The notes under the pieces are model-generated. The model searched no databases. It was not told the DNA's origin and worked only from the letters and a program-made list of their open reading frames with translations. Below, in pieces: positions 37,327-46,835 of a stretch of DNA of 64,000 bases (position 1 is its first letter; the number at the start of each line of letters is the position of its first letter). The DNA is from Larkinella sp. Its GTDB lineage: Bacteria > Bacteroidota > Bacteroidia > Cytophagales > Spirosomataceae. The DNA is taken from the NCBI RefSeq assembly GCF_965227735.1, contig NZ_OZ245776.1, positions 760,852 through 824,851 of the forward strand, read 5' to 3'. The position numbers and the translations under genes were made by a program.

Positions 37327-38031
37327 ATGACTATGAAAAAAAACTGGTGGAAAGCCCTGGCCGTCGTCATCATGACGTATGTGATCTGGGTCGGCCTTCT
37401 GGGAACGGTTCCCCGTCAACCCATTCTGAATGAGAGCATTCGCAACGTCTATTTTCACGTTCCGCTGTGGTTTTCGATGATCATCCTGATGCTGACATCG
37501 ATGATTTACTCGATTCGGTATCTGCGAAAAGGACGAATGGACGACGATCATATTTCGGTGGAGTTTGCCAATAGCGCCATTTTATACGGTATTCTGGGCT
37601 GTGCCACCGGTTCACTCTGGGCCAGCGTCACCTGGGGAGATCCGTGGCCCAACGACCCCAAACTGAACAGCGTCGCGGTCGGCATGCTGATGTATTTTGC
37701 CTACCTGATTCTGCGGAACTCGTTCGACGACGAACTGCGCCGGGCCCGGATTTCGGCGATCTACAACATTTTTGCCTTTGCGGTTTTTGTTCCGCTCATT
37801 TTTATCCTGCCCCGGCTCACCGATTCACTGCATCCGGGCAATGGCGGCAACCCGGCTTTCGGCAAATACGACATGGACAGCGGCATGCGGCTGGTGCTGT
37901 ATCCGTCCGTAATCGGGATGACGTTGCTGGGCGTCTGGATTACCCAACTGCGGGTGCGGCTGCGTCGGTTGCGCGACCGGCTGGATCATGTCAACGATGC
38001 CCTACCCAAAGCCCATTCCACCGCGGAATGA
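37327..38031 (+). CDS. ccmC: Heme exporter protein C
   Basis: RNVYFHVP, TGSLWASVTWGDPWPNDPKL (WWD domain), SLHP; start moved to ATG 37327. Confidence 0.95.
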   Translation: MTMKKNWWKALAVVIMTYVIWVGLLGTVPRQPILNESIRNVYFHVPLWFSMIILMLTSMIYSIRYLRKGRMDDDHISVEFANSAILYGILGCATGSLWASVTWGDPWPNDPKLNSVAVGMLMYFAYLILRNSFDDELRRARISAIYNIFAFAVFVPLIFILPRLTDSLHPGNGGNPAFGKYDMDSGMRLVLYPSVIGMTLLGVWITQLRVRLRRLRDRLDHVNDALPKAHSTAE

Positions 38032-38073
38032 TTACCTGTTGAAACGTGTTACCACTTTACACTACTCACTACT

Positions 38074-38283
38074 ATGATACCTAAATTCCTAGTCTTTTGC
38101 TTTTTGGTATTGCTGTCGTTCAGCAGTCAGGCACAGGAAATTGAGATGGCTGACCGGCTTCGGGCCGATGGTAAAATCTGGGTTGTTGTGGCCGTCTTTC
38201 TGGTCACCTTTGCGGGGGTCATTGCGTACCTCATCCGACTGGATACGAAAATTAGTAAACTGGAAAAAGAGATTTCTAAATAG
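38074..38283 (+). CDS. ccmD: CcmD-family small membrane protein
   Basis: MRADGKIWVVVAV-type TM followed by YLIRLDTKISKLEK; lies between ccmC and ccmE. Confidence 0.8.
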   Translation: MIPKFLVFCFLVLLSFSSQAQEIEMADRLRADGKIWVVVAVFLVTFAGVIAYLIRLDTKISKLEKEISK

Positions 38284-38366
38284 ACAAGAGAGCCGCGACG
38301 GCGGACCGTTTAGACAAGAGAGTAAAGAAAAACCGGATGCGTTTTTGTCTTTACTCTCTTGTCTAA
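38281..38366. repeat. AGACAAGAG-armed hairpin between ccmD and ccmE
   Basis: Perfect 19-bp arms at 38310-38328 and 38348-38366, plus a direct copy TAGACAAGAGAG at 38281. Confidence 0.85.
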
Positions 38367-38383
38367 CCTCTTTATTCTCAATC

Positions 38384-38824
38384 ATGAAAAAAACACATAT
38401 TCTCGGTATTGTCGTGATTGCCCTGGCAATCGGTATCATCATCTCCACGGCGGGGGATGCCAGTTCCTACGTGACTTTCACCCAGGCGGCTGAACTGGCG
38501 AAAAGTGGCGAATCCGACGGCGTTCACGTCGTGGGCACGCTGACCAAAGACGCGCAGGGCAAGATCATCAACATGGTGTATCAACCCCAGGTCGACCCCA
38601 ACCGCTTTGAATTTACGCTGGTCGACACCGAAAACCACCTTCAGAAAGTGGTGTATAACTCGCCCAAACCGCAGGATTTCGACCGTTCCGAACAGGTGGT
38701 GGTCATCGGCAGCATGCAGGGCGATCATTTCCGCGCGGACAAAATCCTGCTGAAATGTCCGTCGAAATACCAGGATAACAAGCTGGAAACCAAAGAATAC
38801 GAAGCGAAAACGGCAAAGTTATGA
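38384..38824 (+). CDS. ccmE: Heme chaperone CcmE, CxxxY variant
   Basis: N-terminal TM from ATG 38384; SEQVVVIG...ILLKCPSKY. Confidence 0.93.
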   Translation: MKKTHILGIVVIALAIGIIISTAGDASSYVTFTQAAELAKSGESDGVHVVGTLTKDAQGKIINMVYQPQVDPNRFEFTLVDTENHLQKVVYNSPKPQDFDRSEQVVVIGSMQGDHFRADKILLKCPSKYQDNKLETKEYEAKTAKL

Positions 38825-38930
38825 ATGAATGGTTCTGCTGGCTGAATAGGGTTGAATGGTTAAAAAACCGTCAACCATTCAACCATCAGAACCATCTAAC
38901 CATCCCTTTAGCCATTCGAACCATTCAATC
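38822..38930. repeat. GAATGGTT/AACCATT-armed hairpin between ccmE and ccmF
   Basis: GGTTGAATGGTT (38850-38861) pairs with AACCATTCAACC (38873-38884); several AACCAT(T/C) units run up to ATG 38931. Confidence 0.75.
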
Positions 38931-41567
38931 ATGATTCATACAACCGTCGGTAATATCGGCCACCTTTTTGTCATTATCTCATTCGTTACGGCGCTGATGT
39001 CCACGTTTGCGTACCTGCGGATTTCGCTGGCGGGTAACGAGCTGTTGCAAAACAAACGGGAAATCACGCAGTGGCGCTGGCTGGCCCGGGGTGCTTTCTA
39101 CCTCCACGGCGTGGCCATTTTTGGTATCGTCGCCTGTCTGTTCTACATCATTTCCAATCATTATTACGAATACCATTACGCCTGGAGTTACTCGTCGCGC
39201 GCGTTGCCGGCCGAATACATCATCTCGAGTTTCTGGCACGGACAGGAAGGCAGTTTTCTGCTGTGGCTGTTCTGGAACGTCATTCTGGGTATCGTTCTGA
39301 TTCAAACCAACCGCGACGACCGGGCGAAAAGCCTGAGTTCACGCCAGTGGGAAGCGCCCATGATGACGGTTTTTGCGCTGGTTCAGGCGTTTCTGGCATC
39401 CATGATTCTGGGTGTGGTCTTTGGCGATACGTTCAAGATTGGCAGTTCGCCGTTCCTGTTGCTGCGGGATGCGATGGCCGATGCGCCGATTTTCACCAGC
39501 AATCCGAATTACATTCCGGAAGATGGCAAGGGTATGAACCCGCTGCTGCAAAATTACTGGATGGTCATTCACCCGCCGACGCTGTTTCTGGGCTATGCCA
39601 CGACGCTGATTCCGTTCGCTTTTTGCATCGCCGGTTTGTGGAAAAACGAGCCGAAAGAATGGATGCGGCCCGCCCTTCCCTGGGCGTTGTTTTCGGCGAT
39701 GGTGCTGGGCGTCGGGATTCTGATGGGTGGCTATTGGGCTTACGAAACGCTTAATTTCGGGGGCTACTGGAACTGGGACCCGGTCGAAAACTCGGTGTTG
39801 GTGCCCTGGATGGTGCTGATTGCCGCCATTCACGCCATGCTGATTGCCAAAAAGAGTTCGACTGGTTTGAAAACCGCCATCATTCTTTCCGTAGCGACGT
39901 TCCTGCTGATTCTGTATTCGACCTTCCTGACCCGCAGCGGTATTCTGGGCAATGCCTCGGTTCACTCGTTTACGGATCTAGGACTTTCCGGCCAGTTGCT
40001 GGTTTACATGCTGGTTTTCGTGGCCATGGCCGTGGTGTTAATCAGTTTCAAGTGGAAATTGATCGAGAAAGACGAAGAAGAAACCTCCGTGTATTCCAAA
40101 GAATTCTGGCTTTTCATCGGTGCCATCGTGCTCTGTCTGGCCGGTTTTCAGGTTCTGAACACCACCTCGTTTCCGGTTTATAACAAAATTGGCGAAGCTT
40201 TCGGATTTAGCCCCAACATCGCCATGCCCGCCGATCAGGTGGCGCACTACAACAAATTCCAGATCTGGTTTTTCTCGGCCATTGCGCTTTTGACAGGAAT
40301 CGGACAATTCATCTGGTGGCGCAAAGTGGGCAAAGGCAACCTGAACGCCCTTATCACTTCCGGCATCCTTACGATGTTCATCAGTGGCGGTTTGATTGCT
40401 TATGGTGATATTACCAAACCGGCCTTCATGGTGTTGCTCACCACTTCGGTTTTTGCCATTGTTGCGAATTCCAGCATTTTTTGGGGCGTCGTTCGGGGGA
40501 ATTACAAGCTGTCGGGTGGCGCGGTGGCCCACATTGGTGTGGCATTGATGCTGGTCGGGATTTTGTTTTCGTCGGGCTATTCCAAAATTGTCTCCCTGAA
40601 CAACACCGGTTTGCTGATTTCGAAAGGGGACGATTTTACGAAAAATGATAACAAGGAAAACAAGGAAAATGTCATCCTGTGGCTCAATCAGCCGCAGAAA
40701 ATGAGCGGTTATTTGCTGACCTACCGGGGCCAGCGGATCGAGATTCGCGACGTGCCGGACTACGTTCCCCGCAACTGGGTCGAGCCGATTGTGGGCGCCA
40801 CGCCTGAACTGAGTTTCCACGGCATTGCGACACGGGATATTGAACAAAACGGTAAGCTGTACCACAAAAAAGGCGATACCGTTGCCCTGCACCCCGAAAA
40901 CACCTATTACGAAGTGGAATACCGCGAACCGGGGGGCAAAATTTTCACTTTGTACCCGCGCGGTCAGATCAACGAGCAAATGGGCGCAGGCGGTTTTCTG
41001 CCTTCGCCGGACATTCGCCGGATGCCCGACAAAGACCTGTATACTTACGTAGCGACCGTTCCGGACCCCAGCAGCGAAGGCACCTGGAGTCCGACGGAAA
41101 CTTACCGGATTGCGCCCAAAGACACGTTCTTTGTGAACGATTACGTAGCGGTTTTTGACAATGTGATCCAAACCCGCGAAATTGAAGGAACGCCCCTCGG
41201 ACCGAACGATGCGGCCGTCAAAGCCGTGGTTCGCGTGCTGGACAAAGAGCGGGAATATACCCTGTCGCCAGCCTTCATCATCAAAGACCGTATGGTGGGC
41301 CGCAAAGCAGAAACCAACGAAGAACTTGGTTTGCGGCTCCAACTGAACGAAATCGATCCGCGAACCGGCCTGTTTACCTTCACGGCCAACACCACCCAGC
41401 GCGATTACATCGTAATGAAAGCCAAGGAAATGCCGCTCATCAACCTGCTCTGGATCGGGACGTTTGTGCTCGTGATCGGTTTCTCAATGGCTGCAATCCG
41501 TCGCTACCGGGAATTCACCAAGATGCGGGACAAAAAGAAGCCGACGCTGGTGGGCAGTTCACAGTAG
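38931..41567 (+). CDS. ccmF: Cytochrome c biogenesis protein CcmF (large form)
   Basis: FWHGQEGSFLLW, LLQNYWMVIHPP, GGYWAYETLNFGGYWNWDPVEN, LTRSGILG..SVHSF; start moved to ATG 38931. Confidence 0.96.
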   Translation: MIHTTVGNIGHLFVIISFVTALMSTFAYLRISLAGNELLQNKREITQWRWLARGAFYLHGVAIFGIVACLFYIISNHYYEYHYAWSYSSRALPAEYIISSFWHGQEGSFLLWLFWNVILGIVLIQTNRDDRAKSLSSRQWEAPMMTVFALVQAFLASMILGVVFGDTFKIGSSPFLLLRDAMADAPIFTSNPNYIPEDGKGMNPLLQNYWMVIHPPTLFLGYATTLIPFAFCIAGLWKNEPKEWMRPALPWALFSAMVLGVGILMGGYWAYETLNFGGYWNWDPVENSVLVPWMVLIAAIHAMLIAKKSSTGLKTAIILSVATFLLILYSTFLTRSGILGNASVHSFTDLGLSGQLLVYMLVFVAMAVVLISFKWKLIEKDEEETSVYSKEFWLFIGAIVLCLAGFQVLNTTSFPVYNKIGEAFGFSPNIAMPADQVAHYNKFQIWFFSAIALLTGIGQFIWWRKVGKGNLNALITSGILTMFISGGLIAYGDITKPAFMVLLTTSVFAIVANSSIFWGVVRGNYKLSGGAVAHIGVALMLVGILFSSGYSKIVSLNNTGLLISKGDDFTKNDNKENKENVILWLNQPQKMSGYLLTYRGQRIEIRDVPDYVPRNWVEPIVGATPELSFHGIATRDIEQNGKLYHKKGDTVALHPENTYYEVEYREPGGKIFTLYPRGQINEQMGAGGFLPSPDIRRMPDKDLYTYVATVPDPSSEGTWSPTETYRIAPKDTFFVNDYVAVFDNVIQTREIEGTPLGPNDAAVKAVVRVLDKEREYTLSPAFIIKDRMVGRKAETNEELGLRLQLNEIDPRTGLFTFTANTTQRDYIVMKAKEMPLINLLWIGTFVLVIGFSMAAIRRYREFTKMRDKKKPTLVGSSQ

Positions 41568-41574
41568 GCACTTT

Positions 41575-41802
41575 ATGAAAATCAGAGAAACCGTTCTTAT
41601 TTCCCTTTCCATCGGCTGCCTCATTCTCTGGGTTCTGGAGTTCCGGCGGACGCGTACGTTTGGCGAACATTACTGGCTAATTATGCTGTGTCTGGCGTTT
41701 TTGCTGGCTTTTATGTATGTTCGTGGCGTACACCTGAATTCGGTCAAACAAAAACCAACCGTTCCGGTGAAACCAACCCGAAAAAAGAAGAAAAAGTCTT
41801 GA
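41575..41802 (+). CDS. Hypothetical two-TM membrane protein with basic tail
   Basis: Two hydrophobic segments and a KPTRKKKKKS tail; 7 nt after ccmF. Confidence 0.7.
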   Translation: MKIRETVLISLSIGCLILWVLEFRRTRTFGEHYWLIMLCLAFLLAFMYVRGVHLNSVKQKPTVPVKPTRKKKKKS

Positions 41803-41876
41803 ACTCGGATTACCAGGATTAAAGGATTAACCAGGATTGCTGACGCGGTCTTTTAATCCGCGTAATCCAAGTTCAG
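41800..41876. repeat. GGATTA-armed hairpin; right arm repeated at 8941-8965
   Basis: TGAACTCGGATTACCAGGATTAAAG ... CTTTTAATCCGCGTAATCCAAGTTCA; 41852-41876 matches 8941-8965 at 24/25. Confidence 0.8.
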
Positions 41877-41883
41877 AAACCTT

Positions 41884-43179
41884 ATGGAATCCTACAGTAT
41901 TCTCCTCGGAGCATTCGTGGCACTGGTGCTGGCCGGTTTTTTTTCGGCGGTCGAAATGGCCTACCAATCGGTGAACCGGCTTTATTTTGAGCTACACAGT
42001 AAACAGGGACCGCTGGGCGAGAAGCTGGTGTCGGCCTTTCTGAAACAACCCATTCTGTTTGTTGGCACAACCCTGACCGGGAATACACTCTTTCTGGTTT
42101 TATACGGTGTGCTGGGTGTGACGGCGCTCAACCCGTTTCTGTCGGCCTATCTCCCGGAAGCGTTTAACCACCCCGTTACTCTGATCGTCATCGAAACGCT
42201 GATTCTGACGGTTGTCTTCATGCCCTTTGCAGATTATGTACCCAAAAGTCTCGCCCTGATTCATCCTGATGCGTTCATGGAAAGACTGGCGATTCCGATC
42301 TGGGTCATCTACAAAGCCATTGCCCCCATCGTCCGGCTGATGGTCTGGCTCACCAAAGGCATCGTCAAGATTATTCCGGGAAGTCAGTACTCCGAAGTTC
42401 GGCCGGTTTTTGGCCTGATCGACCTGAACCATTACCTCCAGCAGTTCAACCAGCAGAAACAGCAGGTCGATTCGAGCCAGGAGGAAATCGACATCGATAC
42501 CGAAATCCTGAACAACGCCATCGATTTCCGCAATGTGGCCGTGCGGGATTGCATGATTCCACGGACGGAAATCACGGCGGTGGATGTGGAAGACAGCATT
42601 GAGGAGTTGAAAAACTGTTTTCAGGACAGCGGTCACTCAAAAATTATCGTATACCGTGACAACATCGACGACGTAATTGGCTATTGCCACGCCCTCGCCC
42701 TGTTTCAGAAACCACAAAGCATCGAGAGCATCCTGACGCCCATTCGGGTCGTGCCGGACAGTATGCCCGCCCGGTTGTTGCTCGAAAAGTTTCTGGCCGA
42801 ACGCAAAAGCCTTGCTTTGGTGGTCGATGAGTTTGGAGGGACATCGGGCCTGGTTAGCGTCGAGGATCTGGTCGAACAGATTTTCGGGGAGATTCAGGAC
42901 GAATACGACACCAACGAAGACTGGGACGAACGGCAACTGGACGACAATACCTGGCTCCTGAGCGCCCGGCACGAGATTGAAAATTTGAATGAAAAATACG
43001 GCTGGGGCATCCCTGAAGGCGATTATGACACGCTGGGTGGCTTGATTTTATCGATTAACGGCGAAATTCCGAACGTAAACGATGTGATCGAAATGCCGCC
43101 GTTCACGTTCACGATTCTGTCCATGACGGAAGCCCGGATCGATCTAGTGCGGGTTCAGATTGTTCAAAAAGAAGACTAG
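41884..43179 (+). CDS. HlyC/CorC (CNNM-CBS-CorC_HlyC) family transporter / hemolysin-family protein
   Basis: GFFSAVEMA, DYVPKSLA, VRDCMIPRTEI, SGHSKI, VVDEFGGTSGLVSVEDLVEQIFGEIQDEYD. Confidence 0.95.
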   Translation: MESYSILLGAFVALVLAGFFSAVEMAYQSVNRLYFELHSKQGPLGEKLVSAFLKQPILFVGTTLTGNTLFLVLYGVLGVTALNPFLSAYLPEAFNHPVTLIVIETLILTVVFMPFADYVPKSLALIHPDAFMERLAIPIWVIYKAIAPIVRLMVWLTKGIVKIIPGSQYSEVRPVFGLIDLNHYLQQFNQQKQQVDSSQEEIDIDTEILNNAIDFRNVAVRDCMIPRTEITAVDVEDSIEELKNCFQDSGHSKIIVYRDNIDDVIGYCHALALFQKPQSIESILTPIRVVPDSMPARLLLEKFLAERKSLALVVDEFGGTSGLVSVEDLVEQIFGEIQDEYDTNEDWDERQLDDNTWLLSARHEIENLNEKYGWGIPEGDYDTLGGLILSINGEIPNVNDVIEMPPFTFTILSMTEARIDLVRVQIVQKED

Positions 43180-43261
43180 ATGCAAGAGTAAAGACAAGAG
43201 AGTAAAGACATCCTCTGAAATTCCGTTACCACCTCTCTATTCTCACTTCTCTATTCTAAAA

Positions 43262-44047
43262 TCACCCCTGCTCAAACCACTCCCGAAACACGGCGGCTTT
43301 TTCTTTGCTGATGGTCAATTCGGTCGTAGCCGGTTTTCGGATTGTAACAATCAGCTTGCCGCTGTAATGCGATTGATAACCCGCAATCGCATTCAGATTG
43401 ACCAGACACTGGCGGTTGGCGCGGATGAAAACGCCCGGGTCGGTGAGTTCCTCCAGTTCGTCCAGCGAGCCGTAATCCGTCACCAGTTTCTGGCCGTCCA
43501 TTGTGTAGAGGTAAATCAACTCATCCCGGCAGAAATACGCCACGTTTTCTTCCAGAACCGGCACGATGTTTCGGAGGTAATGCGCCATAAACCGGTGTTT
43601 GTACTTTTTGCTCGGTGCCGACACATCCGCCAGTAAATCCCGGATCTGATCCCGAAAATCGGTCGAAGTACCGCCCTGCCGCCAGCGGTGGTATTTGTCG
43701 AAGGCAGCTTTCAATTCATCCGGTTCGACCGGTTTCAAAAGGTAATCGATGCTGTTGAGTTTGAACGCCCGAATGGCATACTCGTCGTAGGCCGTCGTAA
43801 AAATGATGGGACACTTTGGATTTATTTCACGGTAGATGTCAAAACTGACGCCGTCGGAAAGTTGAATATCGGACAGGATCAAATCCGGCTCCGGAAGATC
43901 GGTGGCGCGGTGGCGGCCAAACCACTCCATCGCCATCTGCACACTCTCCAGCGGGCCTTCGAGATGAGCCTCCGGCTCCAGTTGCCGAACCAGTCGGGCC
44001 AACGTTTTGGCAACCAGCGGTTCATCTTCGATCAGTAAAATAGTCAT
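43262..44047 (-). CDS. LytR/AlgR family response regulator (REC + LytTR)
   Basis: IEDE, LILSDIQLSDG, AIRAFKLNSIDYLLKP, FIRANRQCLVN, ISKEKA. Confidence 0.96.
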   Translation of the reverse strand: MTILLIEDEPLVAKTLARLVRQLEPEAHLEGPLESVQMAMEWFGRHRATDLPEPDLILSDIQLSDGVSFDIYREINPKCPIIFTTAYDEYAIRAFKLNSIDYLLKPVEPDELKAAFDKYHRWRQGGTSTDFRDQIRDLLADVSAPSKKYKHRFMAHYLRNIVPVLEENVAYFCRDELIYLYTMDGQKLVTDYGSLDELEELTDPGVFIRANRQCLVNLNAIAGYQSHYSGKLIVTIRKPATTELTISKEKAAVFREWFEQG

Positions 44048-44134
44048 GCCTTTTTTACGCTCAAAATCGCTTTTTGTTAAACATTCGCTGAATGATCCAG
44101 TTAAAATAGGTAATAATCAACACACCTTGCAATC

Positions 44135-44587
44135 ATGACAAACGACGAAATAGTTGACTCTCTGAACGATCTGGTTAAAATAAACAACGACCGCATTAAT
44201 GGCTTTGAAAAAGCCGCCGAGGACATTGAAGACGCCGAACTGGCTTCTCTCTTCAAGAACCTGACTTCACAGAGCCGGAAATTCCGGAGTGAACTGGCCG
44301 ACAGCATCGTTCGCATTGGCGGAGTGGTTCCCGGCGTTGACGAAACCAGTACTGGCAGCAAAATTCACCGCGCCTGGATCGACATCAAATCGGCCTTTAC
44401 GGGAAAAGACCGTAATACGGTTCTCGAATCCTGCGTTTTTGGCGAAAATGCTGCGGTTGAAGAATACGAAGAAACGCTGGAAGACGAAAGCATTCCATCC
44501 TACATCCGCCAGACCCTCAGCACCCAACTCGACGAACTCCGCCAGACCCGCGATCAAATCGCGACGCTGCGGAACGTTACAGAGTAA
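44135..44587 (+). CDS. PA2169/DUF2383 family four-helix-bundle protein
   Basis: LNDLVKINNDRINGFEKAA, IHRAWIDIK, ESCVFGENAAVEEY. Confidence 0.92.
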   Translation: MTNDEIVDSLNDLVKINNDRINGFEKAAEDIEDAELASLFKNLTSQSRKFRSELADSIVRIGGVVPGVDETSTGSKIHRAWIDIKSAFTGKDRNTVLESCVFGENAAVEEYEETLEDESIPSYIRQTLSTQLDELRQTRDQIATLRNVTE

Positions 44588-44596
44588 TATTTAGCA

Positions 44597-44695
44597 AATA
44601 ATGAATGTTGAATAACGAATATCGAATAATGAAAAAAGAAGGCTCATGCGTTCAAGACTTCATTATTCGATATTCGTTATTCAATATTCATTATT
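44597..44695. repeat. NNNGAAT heptamer-armed hairpin, copy 1
   Basis: 37-bp arms at 44597-44633 and 44659-44695 with one G-T mismatch; between convergent genes. Confidence 0.92.
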
Positions 44696-44707
44696 ATCCT
44701 TCTTCTT

Positions 44708-45052
44708 TTATTTTCCTTTTCTTCCCAATCCCGTCGAAACCGCATCCAGCGTGGTCGCCAGTTCCTGAAGTTTTCCTTTCATCTCCTCCTCCGCATTTTC
44801 CAGACTTTTCCGGGTCAGCTTCGCCAGTGAATGCAGCGACTCGGCAATCAGCAAGCTTTTTCCGGTGGCCAGAGCGGCTTTCAGTTGCTCCAGTTCATCC
44901 GAAATATCATCCAGAACCAGGTGTCCCGATCCCAGCGCCCGGACCCATTGATCAATAAAGCTGTTGGCCATCGGTTGCAAATGAACCGGATCGGTTGTCA
45001 ACTCCCGGAGCGTGATGTCCAGCAGTTGGTCGGCATTGTGTGCGTGCGTCAT
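44708..45052 (-). CDS. Hypothetical helical protein (114 aa)
   Basis: Clean ORF with amphipathic helices (FIDQWVRAL, ISDELEQLKAAL); no recognised domain. Confidence 0.7.
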   Translation of the reverse strand: MTHAHNADQLLDITLRELTTDPVHLQPMANSFIDQWVRALGSGHLVLDDISDELEQLKAALATGKSLLIAESLHSLAKLTRKSLENAEEEMKGKLQELATTLDAVSTGLGRKGK

Positions 45053-45131
45053 AGTTTTTTACGAAATGATGATTGCGCACAATGTACGACGATTGGCCAT
45101 TCATTTGTTATTTTTCAGGGTTCATTTTTCA

Positions 45132-46157
45132 TTAAACCAAGGGAACGCTCACCCGAAACCGGTCTTCATGCTCTTCCACTTTTACTTCCTTCTCACTCAA
45201 AAAATGGTATAAGGCTTTCAAATTCGTCAACCCTTGCCCATTCGACGTTTCAACCCGCGGTTTTCGCTGCAGGTTATTTTCGACGGAGATGTAGTCTTCA
45301 TCCACCACGATCTGAATGGTCAGCGGCTGCCCGGCATTGGCGACATTGTGCTTGATGGCATTCTCAATCAGAATTTGTAAAGTTACCGGCACAATGGCTT
45401 TGTCAGCGTAGGCTTGTGGAATTTTTACCTGAATATCAAGCGATCCGTTAAAGCGGGTTTTCAGGAGCAGAATATAGTTATTTATAAAGTCGGTTTCGGT
45501 GGTTAAACTCACCAGATCCTTGTCTTTGTGCTGGATGACATACCGGAATACTTTCGATAACTGCCGCAAAAACTGAGAGGCTAAATCCGGGTTTTCATGA
45601 ATCAAGCCGTCCAGCGACGACAAACTATTGAAGAGAAAATGCGGGCTGATCTGATTTTTTAAGCTATCGAGCTGCACCTGAACTTTTTCCTTTTCAAGTT
45701 GCGTCGCCCGAATGGCATTCTCCTGCCATTGTTTCAGAAAATGGCTGGCGATAAAGCCCAGACACACCACCGTATTCGCTAAAAAAACTGTCATCCCAAT
45801 GATAATGACACTGAACCGGTTGAGTAAGGGAATGCTGATTAGTTTAGCCGATAAAAACTCGGTATAAACGAAATAACTAATTACCAGATACACGGTTTTT
45901 ACAATGCCCCAGCCACCAATGATCTGAATCACAACGCGTAATTTGATATTTTTCTCAAAGGGTAATCGCTGGTTCAGGTAGTCGTTGAACCAGTAATGAA
46001 AAAGCCAGATGGCGTTCAAAACAAAAAAAGACAAAAAGAATAATTCAATCTGAACCTGCCACGTAATATCAGGCATCAGCCACTGGCGACCCACCACGCC
46101 ACCCAGCGCTCCCCACAGCAATAGCAGCTCGACGTATTTGTTAAACTTGATTTTCAT
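45132..46157 (-). CDS. LytS-family sensor histidine kinase
   Basis: TM N-terminus; LKNQISPHFLFNSL, LQILIENAIKHN, NGQGLTNL. Confidence 0.95.
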   Translation of the reverse strand: MKIKFNKYVELLLLWGALGGVVGRQWLMPDITWQVQIELFFLSFFVLNAIWLFHYWFNDYLNQRLPFEKNIKLRVVIQIIGGWGIVKTVYLVISYFVYTEFLSAKLISIPLLNRFSVIIIGMTVFLANTVVCLGFIASHFLKQWQENAIRATQLEKEKVQVQLDSLKNQISPHFLFNSLSSLDGLIHENPDLASQFLRQLSKVFRYVIQHKDKDLVSLTTETDFINNYILLLKTRFNGSLDIQVKIPQAYADKAIVPVTLQILIENAIKHNVANAGQPLTIQIVVDEDYISVENNLQRKPRVETSNGQGLTNLKALYHFLSEKEVKVEEHEDRFRVSVPLV

Positions 46158-46833
46158 GGCTGGAAATAATCATGCCGTCCGACATCTCAATAACCCGGTC
46201 GCAACCAGCCGCAAAGTCGGGATCATGGGTGACTGCAATTATGGTTTGGTGGTTTTCCTGCGCAATTTCGCGGAAAATATCGAAAACAATCCCGGTATTG
46301 GTCTTGTCCAGGTTTCCCGTTGGTTCGTCGCCCATCACGATGGTCGGATCGTTGATCAAGGCGCGGGCAATGGCCACGCGTTGCTGCTGTCCGCCCGATA
46401 ACTTGCTCGACAGCTTGCGGGCGTGGTCTTCCATCCCGATCATTTTCAGCTTTTCGTAGGCCCGGTGTTCCACTTCTTTTTCTGAATATTTCCCCAGTTT
46501 TAAGGCTGGGAGCATTACGTTTTGTAAGGTGGTGAATTCCGGCAGCAAAAAGTGAAACTGAAACACAAAACCGAGGTGTTCATTGCGAAACTTCGACAGA
46601 TAATCCTGACTTCGCCCCGTTAACGTCTGCCCATTAATTTCCAGCGTTCCTTCATACTCCGTATCCATCGTCGACAGCAAATACAACAACGTCGATTTGC
46701 CACAACCCGACTTGCCAACGATCGCCAGAAATTCACCTTTATCGACCTCGAACGTCACATCTTTCAGCACCTGAAATCGATCGGGTTCGGTGAAGTACTT
46801 ATTGAAATGGGACGCTTTTAATACCTTTTCCAT
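46141..46833 (-). CDS. ABC transporter ATP-binding protein (LolD/MacB-like)
   Basis: GKSGCGKST, GFVFQFHFLL, LSGGQQQRVAIARAL, DEPTGNLD. Confidence 0.96.
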   Translation of the reverse strand: MEKVLKASHFNKYFTEPDRFQVLKDVTFEVDKGEFLAIVGKSGCGKSTLLYLLSTMDTEYEGTLEINGQTLTGRSQDYLSKFRNEHLGFVFQFHFLLPEFTTLQNVMLPALKLGKYSEKEVEHRAYEKLKMIGMEDHARKLSSKLSGGQQQRVAIARALINDPTIVMGDEPTGNLDKTNTGIVFDIFREIAQENHQTIIAVTHDPDFAAGCDRVIEMSDGMIISSHENQV

Positions 46834-46835
46834 CG

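Noticed and set aside
40038-41342. 434-aa ORF antisense to ccmF
   Set aside because: Antisense shadow with implausible composition.
44605-44958. ORFs beginning MLNNEYR (also 61306-61701, and the related 58589-58990)
   Set aside because: They are translations of the NNNGAAT hairpin running antisense into real genes.
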